Assembly (NCBI GenBank): GCA_019749945.1
Contig: JAIEPF010000016.1
Span: forward strand, 93,269 to 157,268
Origin: Burkholderiales bacterium
GTDB taxonomy: Bacteria; Pseudomonadota; Gammaproteobacteria; Burkholderiales; SG8-41
Reading direction: 5' to 3'
Length of the DNA stretch: 64,000 nucleotides
The notes beneath the pieces were generated by a model. The model was not told the origin of the DNA and searched no databases. It saw only the letters and a program-made list of their open reading frames with translations. Positions 18,706-27,363 of the stretch are shown one piece after another; position 1 is the first letter of the stretch, and every line of letters starts with the position of its first letter. The position numbers were made by a program, and so were the translations under genes.

Positions 18706-20469
18706 ATGCTGAAAAACCTGCTGCTCCACCTGCTGCACGCGCCGCTGCGCCTGTTGCGCACCCGGCGCGAGTCCCGGGTGTGGCCGGACCTTGAGTCAGC
18801 AATCGCGGATTTTAATCGGCGGAACTATGCGGAAGTTGTTGCCAAGTGCCGGGCTGCGCTGCTGCGGGAGCCGCGCAGCGCCCAGGCCAATCATTTGTGC
18901 GGCCGGGCGCTGATGGAACTGGAGCGTCATGCCGAGGCGGAAGCTTGCCTCAACGCCGCGGTGGCGGCGGATCCCGCGCTGGCGGAAGCGTACTCCGATC
19001 TTGCACTGGTGATGCTCAAGGCCGGCGATTACCAGGCCGCGGAGAAACATTGCCGGCAGGCGGTGAAAGCGCAGCCGAAGGAGCCGCGTTACAGGCTGCA
19101 TCTGGCGGAAATCCTCGAATCCACGGGACGGGACAACGAGGCTTTGATGGAACTGCTGGTGGCGCAGGAATATGCCCCCGATCAGGTTGATGTGCTGCAG
19201 GAATTGCTGATCAAGCTCGACCAGCTGGGCCAGTACGCTGAAGCCCTGCGTGTGGCTGAACGAGCGCTCGTGGAACTGGGTGAAACTTTCGAGACCTGGT
19301 TTTTTCTGGCCTATGCGCGCTACTCAACCGGTGATTCGCTCGGGGCCGTCGAGGCCAGCGCTCGGGCAATCAGTTTTCGTGCCAACGTACCCGGCATCTA
19401 TGTAACCCGGGGATCCGCGCTGCTGGCCCTGGGAAAAATAGAAGAGGCTGCGGCGTCGTATCAGCGGGCGCTCAGGCTGCAGCCTGATTATCCCGATGCA
19501 CTGTTTCATCTTGGCATGGTGAACCTGATGCGCGGACGGTATCGGGACGGATGGGCCGGATTCGAGTACCGCTTCAAGATCCGGCGCGCCAACAGGCGCT
19601 CCTGTGAGCCGCGCTGGAACGGCACGTCGCTGCGCGAGCGCACCCTGCATGTGATGCGCGAGCAGGGTCTCGGTGACGACATCATGTATTCGTCCTGTTT
19701 CCCGCAACTGATCAAGGACGCAAAACATTGTTATATCGAATGCGAACCGCGCCTTGAGAAGCTGTTCGCACGGTCTTTCCCGGAGGCGACTTTTATCCCG
19801 CTCGTCGATAATGCCACCAAGGAAGCGGTGCTGCAGCGCGACGATATTGACGTCAGGATTTTCAGCGCCAGTGTACCGGGATATCTCAGGAATTCGCTGC
19901 GCGATTTTCCCCGGCATCAGGGGTATCTCCGGGCTGATACGGAGCGGACGAGGTATTGGCGCGAAAAACTGGCGGCGCTGGGGGATGGCCTGAAAGTCGG
20001 CATTTCCTGGCGGGGCGGTACGGTTCATACCAACCGCAAACGGCGCACCCTGTCGCTGGATACATTGCAGCCGTTGCTCGCATTGCCCGGTGTGCACTGG
20101 GTCAATCTGCAGTACGGCGAGCGTGCCGCGGAAATCGCCGGCTGCAGCAAGGCTGCCCACGATATAACCATCACCGATTGGCCCGAGGCCATCGACGGCG
20201 ACTATGACGAAACCGCGGCCCTGGTCAGCGCTCTGGATCTGGTGATCAGTGTTTGTACCTCGGTGATTCACCTCGCCGGGGCGCTGGGACGACCGGTGTG
20301 GGTGATGGTGCCCCGTGCCGCCGAATGGCGTTATGGGCTGGAAGGCGAGACCATGCCCTGGTACCCGACGGCCCGTTTGTTGCGCCAGAGCGAAGCCGGG
20401 TCATGGGAGGCGGTCATCGCAAGGGCCAGAGAGGATTTGGCCCGGCGGTTGAATGCTGCGCTTGAGTGA
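18706..20469 (+). CDS. TPR-repeat GT-B glycosyltransferase (paralog 2)
   Basis: Same architecture and near-identical motifs as 16833-18593, e.g. DWPEAIDGDYDETAALVSALDLVISVCTSV. Confidence 0.87.
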   Translation: MLKNLLLHLLHAPLRLLRTRRESRVWPDLESAIADFNRRNYAEVVAKCRAALLREPRSAQANHLCGRALMELERHAEAEACLNAAVAADPALAEAYSDLALVMLKAGDYQAAEKHCRQAVKAQPKEPRYRLHLAEILESTGRDNEALMELLVAQEYAPDQVDVLQELLIKLDQLGQYAEALRVAERALVELGETFETWFFLAYARYSTGDSLGAVEASARAISFRANVPGIYVTRGSALLALGKIEEAAASYQRALRLQPDYPDALFHLGMVNLMRGRYRDGWAGFEYRFKIRRANRRSCEPRWNGTSLRERTLHVMREQGLGDDIMYSSCFPQLIKDAKHCYIECEPRLEKLFARSFPEATFIPLVDNATKEAVLQRDDIDVRIFSASVPGYLRNSLRDFPRHQGYLRADTERTRYWREKLAALGDGLKVGISWRGGTVHTNRKRRTLSLDTLQPLLALPGVHWVNLQYGERAAEIAGCSKAAHDITITDWPEAIDGDYDETAALVSALDLVISVCTSVIHLAGALGRPVWVMVPRAAEWRYGLEGETMPWYPTARLLRQSEAGSWEAVIARAREDLARRLNAALE

Positions 20470-20500
20470 CAGGTTTTGTCACATGCTGACAGTTTGCGCA
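20466..20500. promoter_or_regulatory. Candidate enhancer (PilR-like sigma54 activator sites)
   Basis: Perfect GTGACA-N5-TGTCAC at 20466-20482 plus a degenerate TGACAGTTTGCGCA copy, about 190 bp upstream of the -24 element. Confidence 0.6.
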
Positions 20501-20559
20501 TGCCTCTAAGGAATGGTTCGTAATATGGATTTGCAGGCTAGACTTCCAGCCACAAAAAA

Positions 20560-20575
20560 TGTGAGTGATGTCACA
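20560..20575. promoter_or_regulatory. CRP/Vfr-type box upstream of pilin
   Basis: AAA-TGTGA-GTGATG-TCACA: 10/10 match to the TGTGA-N6-TCACA core. Confidence 0.75.
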
Positions 20576-20669
20576 CCCGTATCAGTTTGAACTTAAACCC
20601 GATGAAAAAAATAAATAAAAACAATAGTTTATGATCTTTTTGTGAGCCTGCTGCCAGGGTGCCTCCGGC

Positions 20670-20685
20670 TGGTACAGCTCTTGCT
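20670..20685 (+). promoter_or_regulatory. Sigma54 (-24/-12) promoter of pilin
   Basis: TGGTAC-AGCTC-TTGCT with exact GG-N10-GC spacing, 58 bp before the pilin ATG. Confidence 0.85.
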
Positions 20686-20742
20686 CAATAGCTGACGCGG
20701 GCAGCGACCTGCTTAACGTATTTCAATTTTTGGGAGCTACAT

Positions 20743-21180
20743 ATGAGAAACCTGCAAAAAGGCTTTACGCTGATCGAACTGATGATCGTCGTGGCGATTA
20801 TCGGTATCTTGGCGGCGATTGCGATTCCGCAGTATCAGGACTACATCACCCGTGCGAAGTGGCAGGACAACATCGCCCGCGTGCAATCCTGGAAAACGGC
20901 TGTCGCCGAGTGCCTGCAGAACAACGGTGGTGTGCCTTCCGAGTGCGACACCTCGGCCGAGGTAAGTTCAGCCACCGGCGCAGCTTTTCCGGGCGTAGGC
21001 GGCAACCTGTCCGCTATCGCATACGGCTTGGTCGGTGGCAATCTCACGATCAGCCTGGCGGGCACACCTTCAGTGAGTAACTGCTCGGTTGATGTTAGCG
21101 CCCAAGTATCGCCGACATCCGTGACCTGGGGTTATACCAACAGCGGTTGCACCAAGTCCAAAACCGGCGTGGGCACCTGA
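20743..21180 (+). CDS. pilA: Type IVa major pilin
   Basis: Class III signal MRNLQKG|[24 protein letters not shown] with E5; four Cys including a C-terminal pair; GGGAG SD; followed by a terminator. Confidence 0.93.
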   Translation: MRNLQKGFTLIELMIVVAIIGILAAIAIPQYQDYITRAKWQDNIARVQSWKTAVAECLQNNGGVPSECDTSAEVSSATGAAFPGVGGNLSAIAYGLVGGNLTISLAGTPSVSNCSVDVSAQVSPTSVTWGYTNSGCTKSKTGVGT

Positions 21181-21205
21181 TCCAGATCCATCGCTTGTTT
21201 CACAG

Positions 21206-21231
21206 AAACCCCGGGAAACCGGGGTTTTTTT
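21206..21231. terminator. Intrinsic (probably bidirectional) terminator after pilin
   Basis: AAACCCCGG-GAAA-CCGGGGTTT plus T run, abutting the stop of the convergent gene. Confidence 0.88.
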
Positions 21232-23023
21232 ATGCCTGACCAGCCGCAGCGAACAAACGCATCAAATCGGCGCGGATGTTCGCCACAACTTCATTCCAGC
21301 CCTTGAGCCGGTCTTCCCGGTAAAGCCTGGCCGAGGCGTACCAGGGGCTGTCAGCCCTTTCGAGCAAGTAGCGCCAGTCCGCGTTGAAACCCAGCGGTAT
21401 CCACACCGGCCTGCCCAGTGCGCCGGTCAGATGCGCCACACTGGTATCCACGCTGATGACCAGGTCGAGCAGTTCACACAAAGCGGCGGTGTCGGAAAGG
21501 TCGTCCAGTTCGAAGCAGCGGATCGCGGGATGTGCGCCCAGAATCTTCCGGTCGGCTTCATTCGCCTCTTTTTGCAGGCTGACATACTCGAATTGGCTGT
21601 CCAGCAAGCCGGTGAGCACGGCCAGCGGAATGCTTCGGTTGTGGTTGTTTTTTTGTAGGGGATTGCCGCTCCAGACCAGGCCCACCCGCGGCTTGGTTTT
21701 GGTTCCCAGCCGGGCCCGCCAGGCTTCGATTTTGCCGGCATCCGCCCTGAGATAGCCGCCGGCCGCAGGGATGTTGTCGAGCCGGGTGCGGAACGCCAGC
21801 GGCAGGCTCATCAGCGGACAATGAAACTGGAATGGCGGCAAGACGCCGCCTTTGCTGACCAGCAGTGCAACCCCGTCCAGATTGGCGAACAGCTTCAGCA
21901 GCGGTTTCTGAACCTCCAGAATGACCCGGGCGCCAAGATCGGCCACCAGTTTTGCATACCGGCAAAACTGGATGGTATCGCCCAGACCCTGCTCGCTGTG
22001 CAACAGGATGGTTTTGCCCGCCAGTGATTCGCGGCCGAGCCAGAGCGGCTGGGAAAACCTGCCTTGCCTGTCCTCGCCATCGTCACCGCGCAGGCGCCAT
22101 TCAAATTCCTCCCAGCCTTGTTCGTAATCGCCGAGCAGCAGGTGGAGGTGGCTGAGATTGCGGTGTGCAATGCGCAGCTTCGGTTGCAGCGCGATGGCCT
22201 GCCTGTAATCCGCCATCGCAGCCTGGTGCTGCCTGATTTCGTGGAAGGCCAGGGCGCGATTGACGTAGGCCTCGGCAAATCCGGGCTTCAGCGCGATGGC
22301 ACGGTCGATGCTGGCAATCGCGGCCTCGTGCTGGCGCAGCTGGATCAAGGAAATGCCAAGATTGTGATGGGCTTCGGCGTTCGCGGGTTCAAGGGCGATG
22401 GCTTGCCGGTAACTTGCGGCGGCCTCCGGATAACGCCCCATCGCGTGCAGGGAAATGCCGCGGTGCAGATGGCTATAGGCGATCCCGGGCTTGAGATTGA
22501 TGGCGTGGTCAAAGCTGGCGATGGCGGATTCGTGCCGGTCCAGTGCGGCCAGTGCGACCCCGCGGTTGGCATAAGCGGGCATCAAGCCGGGGTTGAGGGC
22601 GATGGCCTGGTCATAACTGCTGACGGCGAGTGCGTATTGGCCGAGTTCCTTCAGCGCAATGCCCCGGTTGAAATGGCTTTCCGCGTGCTCCGGCCGCAAG
22701 CGGATGGCAGTGTCGTAACTGGCCAGTGCGGATTCAAATTGTCCCAGCTTGCGCAGCGCGTTACCCATGTTGGCATGGGCGTCGGCATGGTCGGGATTGA
22801 CGGCCAGCGCGCGGTTGATCAATTCGACGGCTCGTGCCGGATTTTTGGACTGGAAGGCGATCAGGCCTGACAGGTGCAGCGCATCGAAATTTTCCGGCTG
22901 CCATTGCAGGACCCGGTCATAAAGCGCCTGTGCCTGCGCCAGCTGCCCTCCCTGATGCAGTGCCAGGGCCTGTTGCAGGGTCGTCAGCGCTGCGGTGGCG
23001 TTGGCTGTGGCGTCGTCAGACAT
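21230..23023 (-). CDS. TPR-repeat GT-B glycosyltransferase (third, divergent copy)
   Basis: About 9 TPRs, then HSEQGLGDTIQF, CPLMSLP, VGLVWSGNP, DLVISVDTSVAHLTGALG and DWRY...SPWY. Confidence 0.9.
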   Translation of the reverse strand: MSDDATANATAALTTLQQALALHQGGQLAQAQALYDRVLQWQPENFDALHLSGLIAFQSKNPARAVELINRALAVNPDHADAHANMGNALRKLGQFESALASYDTAIRLRPEHAESHFNRGIALKELGQYALAVSSYDQAIALNPGLMPAYANRGVALAALDRHESAIASFDHAINLKPGIAYSHLHRGISLHAMGRYPEAAASYRQAIALEPANAEAHHNLGISLIQLRQHEAAIASIDRAIALKPGFAEAYVNRALAFHEIRQHQAAMADYRQAIALQPKLRIAHRNLSHLHLLLGDYEQGWEEFEWRLRGDDGEDRQGRFSQPLWLGRESLAGKTILLHSEQGLGDTIQFCRYAKLVADLGARVILEVQKPLLKLFANLDGVALLVSKGGVLPPFQFHCPLMSLPLAFRTRLDNIPAAGGYLRADAGKIEAWRARLGTKTKPRVGLVWSGNPLQKNNHNRSIPLAVLTGLLDSQFEYVSLQKEANEADRKILGAHPAIRCFELDDLSDTAALCELLDLVISVDTSVAHLTGALGRPVWIPLGFNADWRYLLERADSPWYASARLYREDRLKGWNEVVANIRADLMRLFAAAGQA

Positions 23024-23238
23024 GAGCCGGCGTCAAATTCGGGCCTGCAGGTCATTCGCATGGGGCAGGAATTATAACAAGCGCCCGTGTGCATTCCTGG
23101 CGCTGCTGTTTTTGCGTCCCGCATTTTGCGGAAATCAACAAGATGCTGTTGTTCATCAGCGAAAGATCAATAAACTGGCGTCCCCGCGCATTTCCGTGAT
23201 TTCATCGCGGAAATGCGAAAAATCGCGCACCTGAGGCC

Positions 23239-24729
23239 ATGCCCGACAATCCCCTGATATTTGATGGTTCCGGAAACCGGCGCGATCTGCTGCAGCGCTT
23301 GCCCTGGGCGTTGTGCGTGGCGGCGGTTTTTGTCTTTCTGGCGCCGAACCTGGATTTTGCGTACGCGCTGCCCTGGCACGACGGCCAGCGGCTGGCCCAG
23401 CTGGGCTTGCTTGCGGCCGTGCTGCTGACGCTGGCGGTGCCCGGCAGCGCGACCGATGTCGCGGTGGTCTGGGCCGGCTTGCCGCGAGCGGTACGCTGCG
23501 CGTTGCCGGCGGCATTCGTGCTGGGTGTGCTGTCCGGTTTCGCCGCGGCATTGCCGCGGTGGGCATGGCTTGAGAGCGGCCTGCTGTTGCTGCTGATCGT
23601 GCTCGGTCTGTCGATCGCGGCCAATCGCCGCGCGCTGGGCGATCGCGCCGATCCTGTGCTGGTGCTGCTGTTTTTTGCAACGGCGACCGCCTATGCCTTC
23701 ACCACCTGCAGCGTCTATGTCGCCATGCTGCTGGTCGGCCCGGCCTATGGCCAGGGTTTTGATATCCGCGAGCTCTACACCAGTTTTTCCAACGTGCGCT
23801 TTTTCGGCCAGATCCAGACCATGCTGTTGCCTTTTTTGCTGTTGCCGGCGATGTGGTGGGGCAGGACGCGGGCACGTCGCCTGTGGTTGTGGAGTGTGCC
23901 CGCAATCTGGTGGATGCTGGCGGTGGGCTCCGGCACACGCGGCACCTGGGTCGCGCTGCTGGTGGGGGTGATCGCTGCGCTGCTGTTTGGCGGCAAGGCC
24001 GGCTGGCGGTGGGCAAAATGGCAGGGTGCCGGGCTGCTGTGCGGCCTGTTGTGTTACGGCGTATTCGTTCTGGGAATACCGCAATTTCTCGATCTGCCGG
24101 CATCGTTCCTGCACCGCACGGATGACATCCTGTCCCTGTCGCGCCGCGAGGTGTTGTGGACGACGGCGCTGGATTACATCGTGCATTATCCCTGGCTCGG
24201 CGTTGGCCCCATGCATTACGCCTATTGGGCCACCGAAGTGGCGGCTCACCCGCATAACGCCGTGCTGCAATGGCTGGCAGAGTGGGGCGTGCCGGCCGGG
24301 TTGCTGTTGACGGGGGTGTGGGCCGCGGGTGGCATTTCGCTGGCGGCCCATGTGCGGCGTGTGGCTGGTCAGGGCGGTGATCAGTCGTGCCTGTTCCGCG
24401 CCGCCTTGCTCGCAGCGCTGGCCGGCGCATCCGCGCAGGCGATGGTCGACGGCGTGCTGGTGATGCCGGTCAGTCAGACGCTGTTGGCGCTGCTCGCCGG
24501 CTGGGCGCTGGGCATGATGCCTGCCGCAGCGGGGGGCGTTGCCGGCAGGGCGGGGCGGCTGATGCTGGTGCCCGTTGTATTGATTGCGGCCGCTGCAGTG
24601 GCCTATGGCGTGGCGCCGGAAATCGGCCGTCTTGCCGAACGGCAGCAGAGCTACCTCGCCGCCCGCGGTCCGGATACGGCCCTGCTGCCGCGATTCTGGA
24701 CGCTGGGCTGGATCAACATTGATCATTAG
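23239..24729 (+). CDS. O-antigen ligase / O-oligosaccharyltransferase family (Wzy_C) membrane protein
   Basis: Polytopic hydrophobic protein with FSNVRFFGQ, SGTRG, PWLGVGP and AHPHNAVLQWLAEWG motifs; 2 kb from the pilin. Confidence 0.88.
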   Translation: MPDNPLIFDGSGNRRDLLQRLPWALCVAAVFVFLAPNLDFAYALPWHDGQRLAQLGLLAAVLLTLAVPGSATDVAVVWAGLPRAVRCALPAAFVLGVLSGFAAALPRWAWLESGLLLLLIVLGLSIAANRRALGDRADPVLVLLFFATATAYAFTTCSVYVAMLLVGPAYGQGFDIRELYTSFSNVRFFGQIQTMLLPFLLLPAMWWGRTRARRLWLWSVPAIWWMLAVGSGTRGTWVALLVGVIAALLFGGKAGWRWAKWQGAGLLCGLLCYGVFVLGIPQFLDLPASFLHRTDDILSLSRREVLWTTALDYIVHYPWLGVGPMHYAYWATEVAAHPHNAVLQWLAEWGVPAGLLLTGVWAAGGISLAAHVRRVAGQGGDQSCLFRAALLAALAGASAQAMVDGVLVMPVSQTLLALLAGWALGMMPAAAGGVAGRAGRLMLVPVVLIAAAAVAYGVAPEIGRLAERQQSYLAARGPDTALLPRFWTLGWINIDH

Positions 24730-24844
24730 CGCCTGTTGCAATGGGCGCGGGGCCCGGCGGGAATGCAGCGGCAATTGCCTTGCCTGAGTGTCAGCGGGTA
24801 CGATCCCTTGCAGAGTCAACGTAATCCCGAATAGAGGTGGGGCT

Positions 24845-27250
24845 GTGTCCGAGAAGCGACTGCGGATGTTGATTGGATACTGTGTCAGGTCTCTGCGGGG
24901 TCGTTTTGGCGGTCGCGCGGAGTCCCGGCTCTCGCCGTCGGCCGCGTCTTCGGAAGCCGGCGATGCGAAGCCGGACGAATCAGGCCGCGCGTTCACTTAT
25001 CTCCAGCAGGGGCGGCTGGATGAGGCGGAAGGGATTTACCGGAAAATATTGCTGCAACAACCCGATAACGCGGATGCCTTGCATTTTTTCGGGGTGCTGC
25101 AGGCGCAGCGACAGAATCTTGCCGAGGCAGCCGATCTGATCGATCGGGCACTCGCGCTTGATCCCGGCAATGCGACGGCGCACTCGAACCGCGGCAACGT
25201 GTTCAGGATGCAGGGGCGCAGCGAAGACGCATTGGCCAGTTATGAGCGGGCGCTTCGGCTTGCCCCGGAAAGTGTCGAGGCACGGATCAACCACGGCGAT
25301 GTGCTTCTCGATCTGGGGCGGCATGAGGCGGCGTTGGCGAGTTATGACGCTTTGTTGTCGCTCATGCCCGATCACCGGGAGGTGCAGATCAGGCGCAGCC
25401 TTGTGCTGAGGGCATTGCGGCGGCTTGAAGAGGCGCTGGCCGGATACGATCGGGCGCTTGCCATCAGGGCTGACGATGCCGAGACATTGTTCCAGCGTGG
25501 ACAGGTGCTCGGGGCGTTGAAGCGCCACGCCGAAGCCGTTGACAGCTATGACCGGGCGCTGGCGATCAAACCTGGTTCGGTGACAGTCCTCAATGATCGC
25601 GGCATCGCGTTGCGGCATCTGCAGCGGCGGACCGAGGCTTTGGCCAGTTTTGATCGCGCCCTGGACCTGAATCCCGGATATGCAGAAGCCCACAATAACC
25701 GCGGCGCCCTGCTGGCGGACATGGGGCGGCACGACGAGGCGCTGGCGAGTTATGACCGGGCCCTGGAACTGAGGCCGGATGCCGCAGGATTTCTCAATAA
25801 CCGCGGTGATCTCCTGCGGGTGATGGGGCTGCACGAACGGGCGGCCCGGGATTATGCGCGGCTGTTCGAACTGGAGCCCGCATTCGACCAGGCGCTGGGT
25901 CACAAGCTCCATGCAGACCTGCAGATCTGCAACTGGAAAAACCACGACGCGGACAGGCAGCGGCTTTTTGCGGCCGTGCGCGCCGGCCGGAGTTTTTTGC
26001 CATTCACCGTCCTGGTGCTGTCAGGTTCTGGCGCGGAACCCCTGCAGTCCGCCCGGACTTATGCGGCACAGAAATATCCGATGGCCGTCAGACCCCTGTG
26101 GACCGGGGAACGCTACCGGCACGACAGAATCCGCATCGCCTATCTGTCGGCGGATTTTTATCTGCATGCAACCACCATGTTGATGGCGGAGTTGTTTGAG
26201 CGGCATGACAGGGGGCGGTTCGAATTGTCGGCATGGTCGTTCGGACCCGATGTCAGGGACGGCATGCGCGAAAGGCTGCAACAATCATTCGAGCATTTTC
26301 ATGATGTGCGGGGCATCAGCGACATTGAGGTGGCAGCCATGCTGCGCGCCCGGGAAATCGACATCGCGGTCGATCTCAAGGGCTACTCCAAGGGTTGTCG
26401 CCCGGCAATTTTTGCCCAACGTGCGGCGCCGATCCAGGTCAATTACCTGGTGTATCCGGGCACCATGGGTGCGGATTTCATCGACTACATCATTGGCGAC
26501 AAGGATGTGATTCCGGAAGGGGATGAAATTTTTTACGCGGAGAAAGTGGTGCGCCTGCCCGAAAGCTACCAGGTCAACGGTTCGAGGCGCGTGAAGTCGG
26601 CGCAGATTCCCCTGCGTGCCGATGCCGGGCTGCCGGAATCGGGCTTTGTGTTCTGCTGCTTCAACCATAATTACAAGATCACGCCGGAGGTTTTCGCCGT
26701 CTGGATGCGATTGCTCAATCGCGTCGAGGGCAGTGTTCTGTGGTTATTGCAGGGTAATGCCGCCGCTTGCCGCAACCTGAAACGCGAAGCCGAAGCAAGG
26801 GGCGTGCATCCGGAGAGACTGATTTTTGCGCCACGCCTGCCGCCCGCGGATCACATGGCGCGTCACCGGCTGGCGGATTTGTTTCTGGATACGCTGCCCT
26901 GTAACGCCCATACCACGGCGAGTGATGCCTTGTGGGCCGGCCTGCCGCTGTTGACCTGCAGGGGGGGCGCCTTTCCGGGCAGGGTTGCCGCGAGTGTGTT
27001 GCGCGCGATCGGTTTGCCGGAACTGATTACAGGATCCCTCGATGAATATGAGGCGCTGGCGTTCAGGCTGGCCACAACGCCGGAACTGCTGGCGGATATC
27101 CGGAGCCGGCTTGCGCAAAACAAAACGACCCATCCCCTGTTTGACACGGATCGCTACCGGCGCCACCTGGAATCCGCCTATGTCACGATGTATGAGCGCT
27201 GCCAGCAGGGTGAACTGCCGCGCGGGTTTTCAGTGCCGGCTTTATCGTGA
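24845..27250 (+). CDS. TPR-repeat O-GlcNAc transferase / SPINDLY-like (GT41)
   Basis: TPR array, then RIAYLSADFYLHAT, IDIAVDLKGYS, RAAPIQVNYL, FCCFNHNYKI, DLFLDTLPCNAHTTASDALWAG. Start uncertain (GTG 24845 after GAGG, or ATG 24866). Confidence 0.9.
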   Translation: MSEKRLRMLIGYCVRSLRGRFGGRAESRLSPSAASSEAGDAKPDESGRAFTYLQQGRLDEAEGIYRKILLQQPDNADALHFFGVLQAQRQNLAEAADLIDRALALDPGNATAHSNRGNVFRMQGRSEDALASYERALRLAPESVEARINHGDVLLDLGRHEAALASYDALLSLMPDHREVQIRRSLVLRALRRLEEALAGYDRALAIRADDAETLFQRGQVLGALKRHAEAVDSYDRALAIKPGSVTVLNDRGIALRHLQRRTEALASFDRALDLNPGYAEAHNNRGALLADMGRHDEALASYDRALELRPDAAGFLNNRGDLLRVMGLHERAARDYARLFELEPAFDQALGHKLHADLQICNWKNHDADRQRLFAAVRAGRSFLPFTVLVLSGSGAEPLQSARTYAAQKYPMAVRPLWTGERYRHDRIRIAYLSADFYLHATTMLMAELFERHDRGRFELSAWSFGPDVRDGMRERLQQSFEHFHDVRGISDIEVAAMLRAREIDIAVDLKGYSKGCRPAIFAQRAAPIQVNYLVYPGTMGADFIDYIIGDKDVIPEGDEIFYAEKVVRLPESYQVNGSRRVKSAQIPLRADAGLPESGFVFCCFNHNYKITPEVFAVWMRLLNRVEGSVLWLLQGNAAACRNLKREAEARGVHPERLIFAPRLPPADHMARHRLADLFLDTLPCNAHTTASDALWAGLPLLTCRGGAFPGRVAASVLRAIGLPELITGSLDEYEALAFRLATTPELLADIRSRLAQNKTTHPLFDTDRYRRHLESAYVTMYERCQQGELPRGFSVPALS

Positions 27251-27363
27251 AGGCCGGGATGCCCGCCCGCCGGTTTCATCATAAGTAATTGTTTTTAAAG
27301 ACATTTTTATTGTAAGGGGGTTGACCCCGCACGGCCTGCCACCCCGTTCAGCTGGAGCCGGGT

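Noticed and set aside
25100-25860. About 102-bp periodic repeats (GCGAGTTATGAC..., GACCGGGCGCT) here and in 22200-22900
   Set aside because: These are degenerate TPR coding repeats (34 aa), not CRISPR or a DNA-level repeat element.
16377-27300. Pilin/glycosylation region as a mobile genomic island
   Set aside because: No integrase, transposase, tRNA or flanking direct repeat was seen. It looks like a variable surface locus but mobility cannot be supported.
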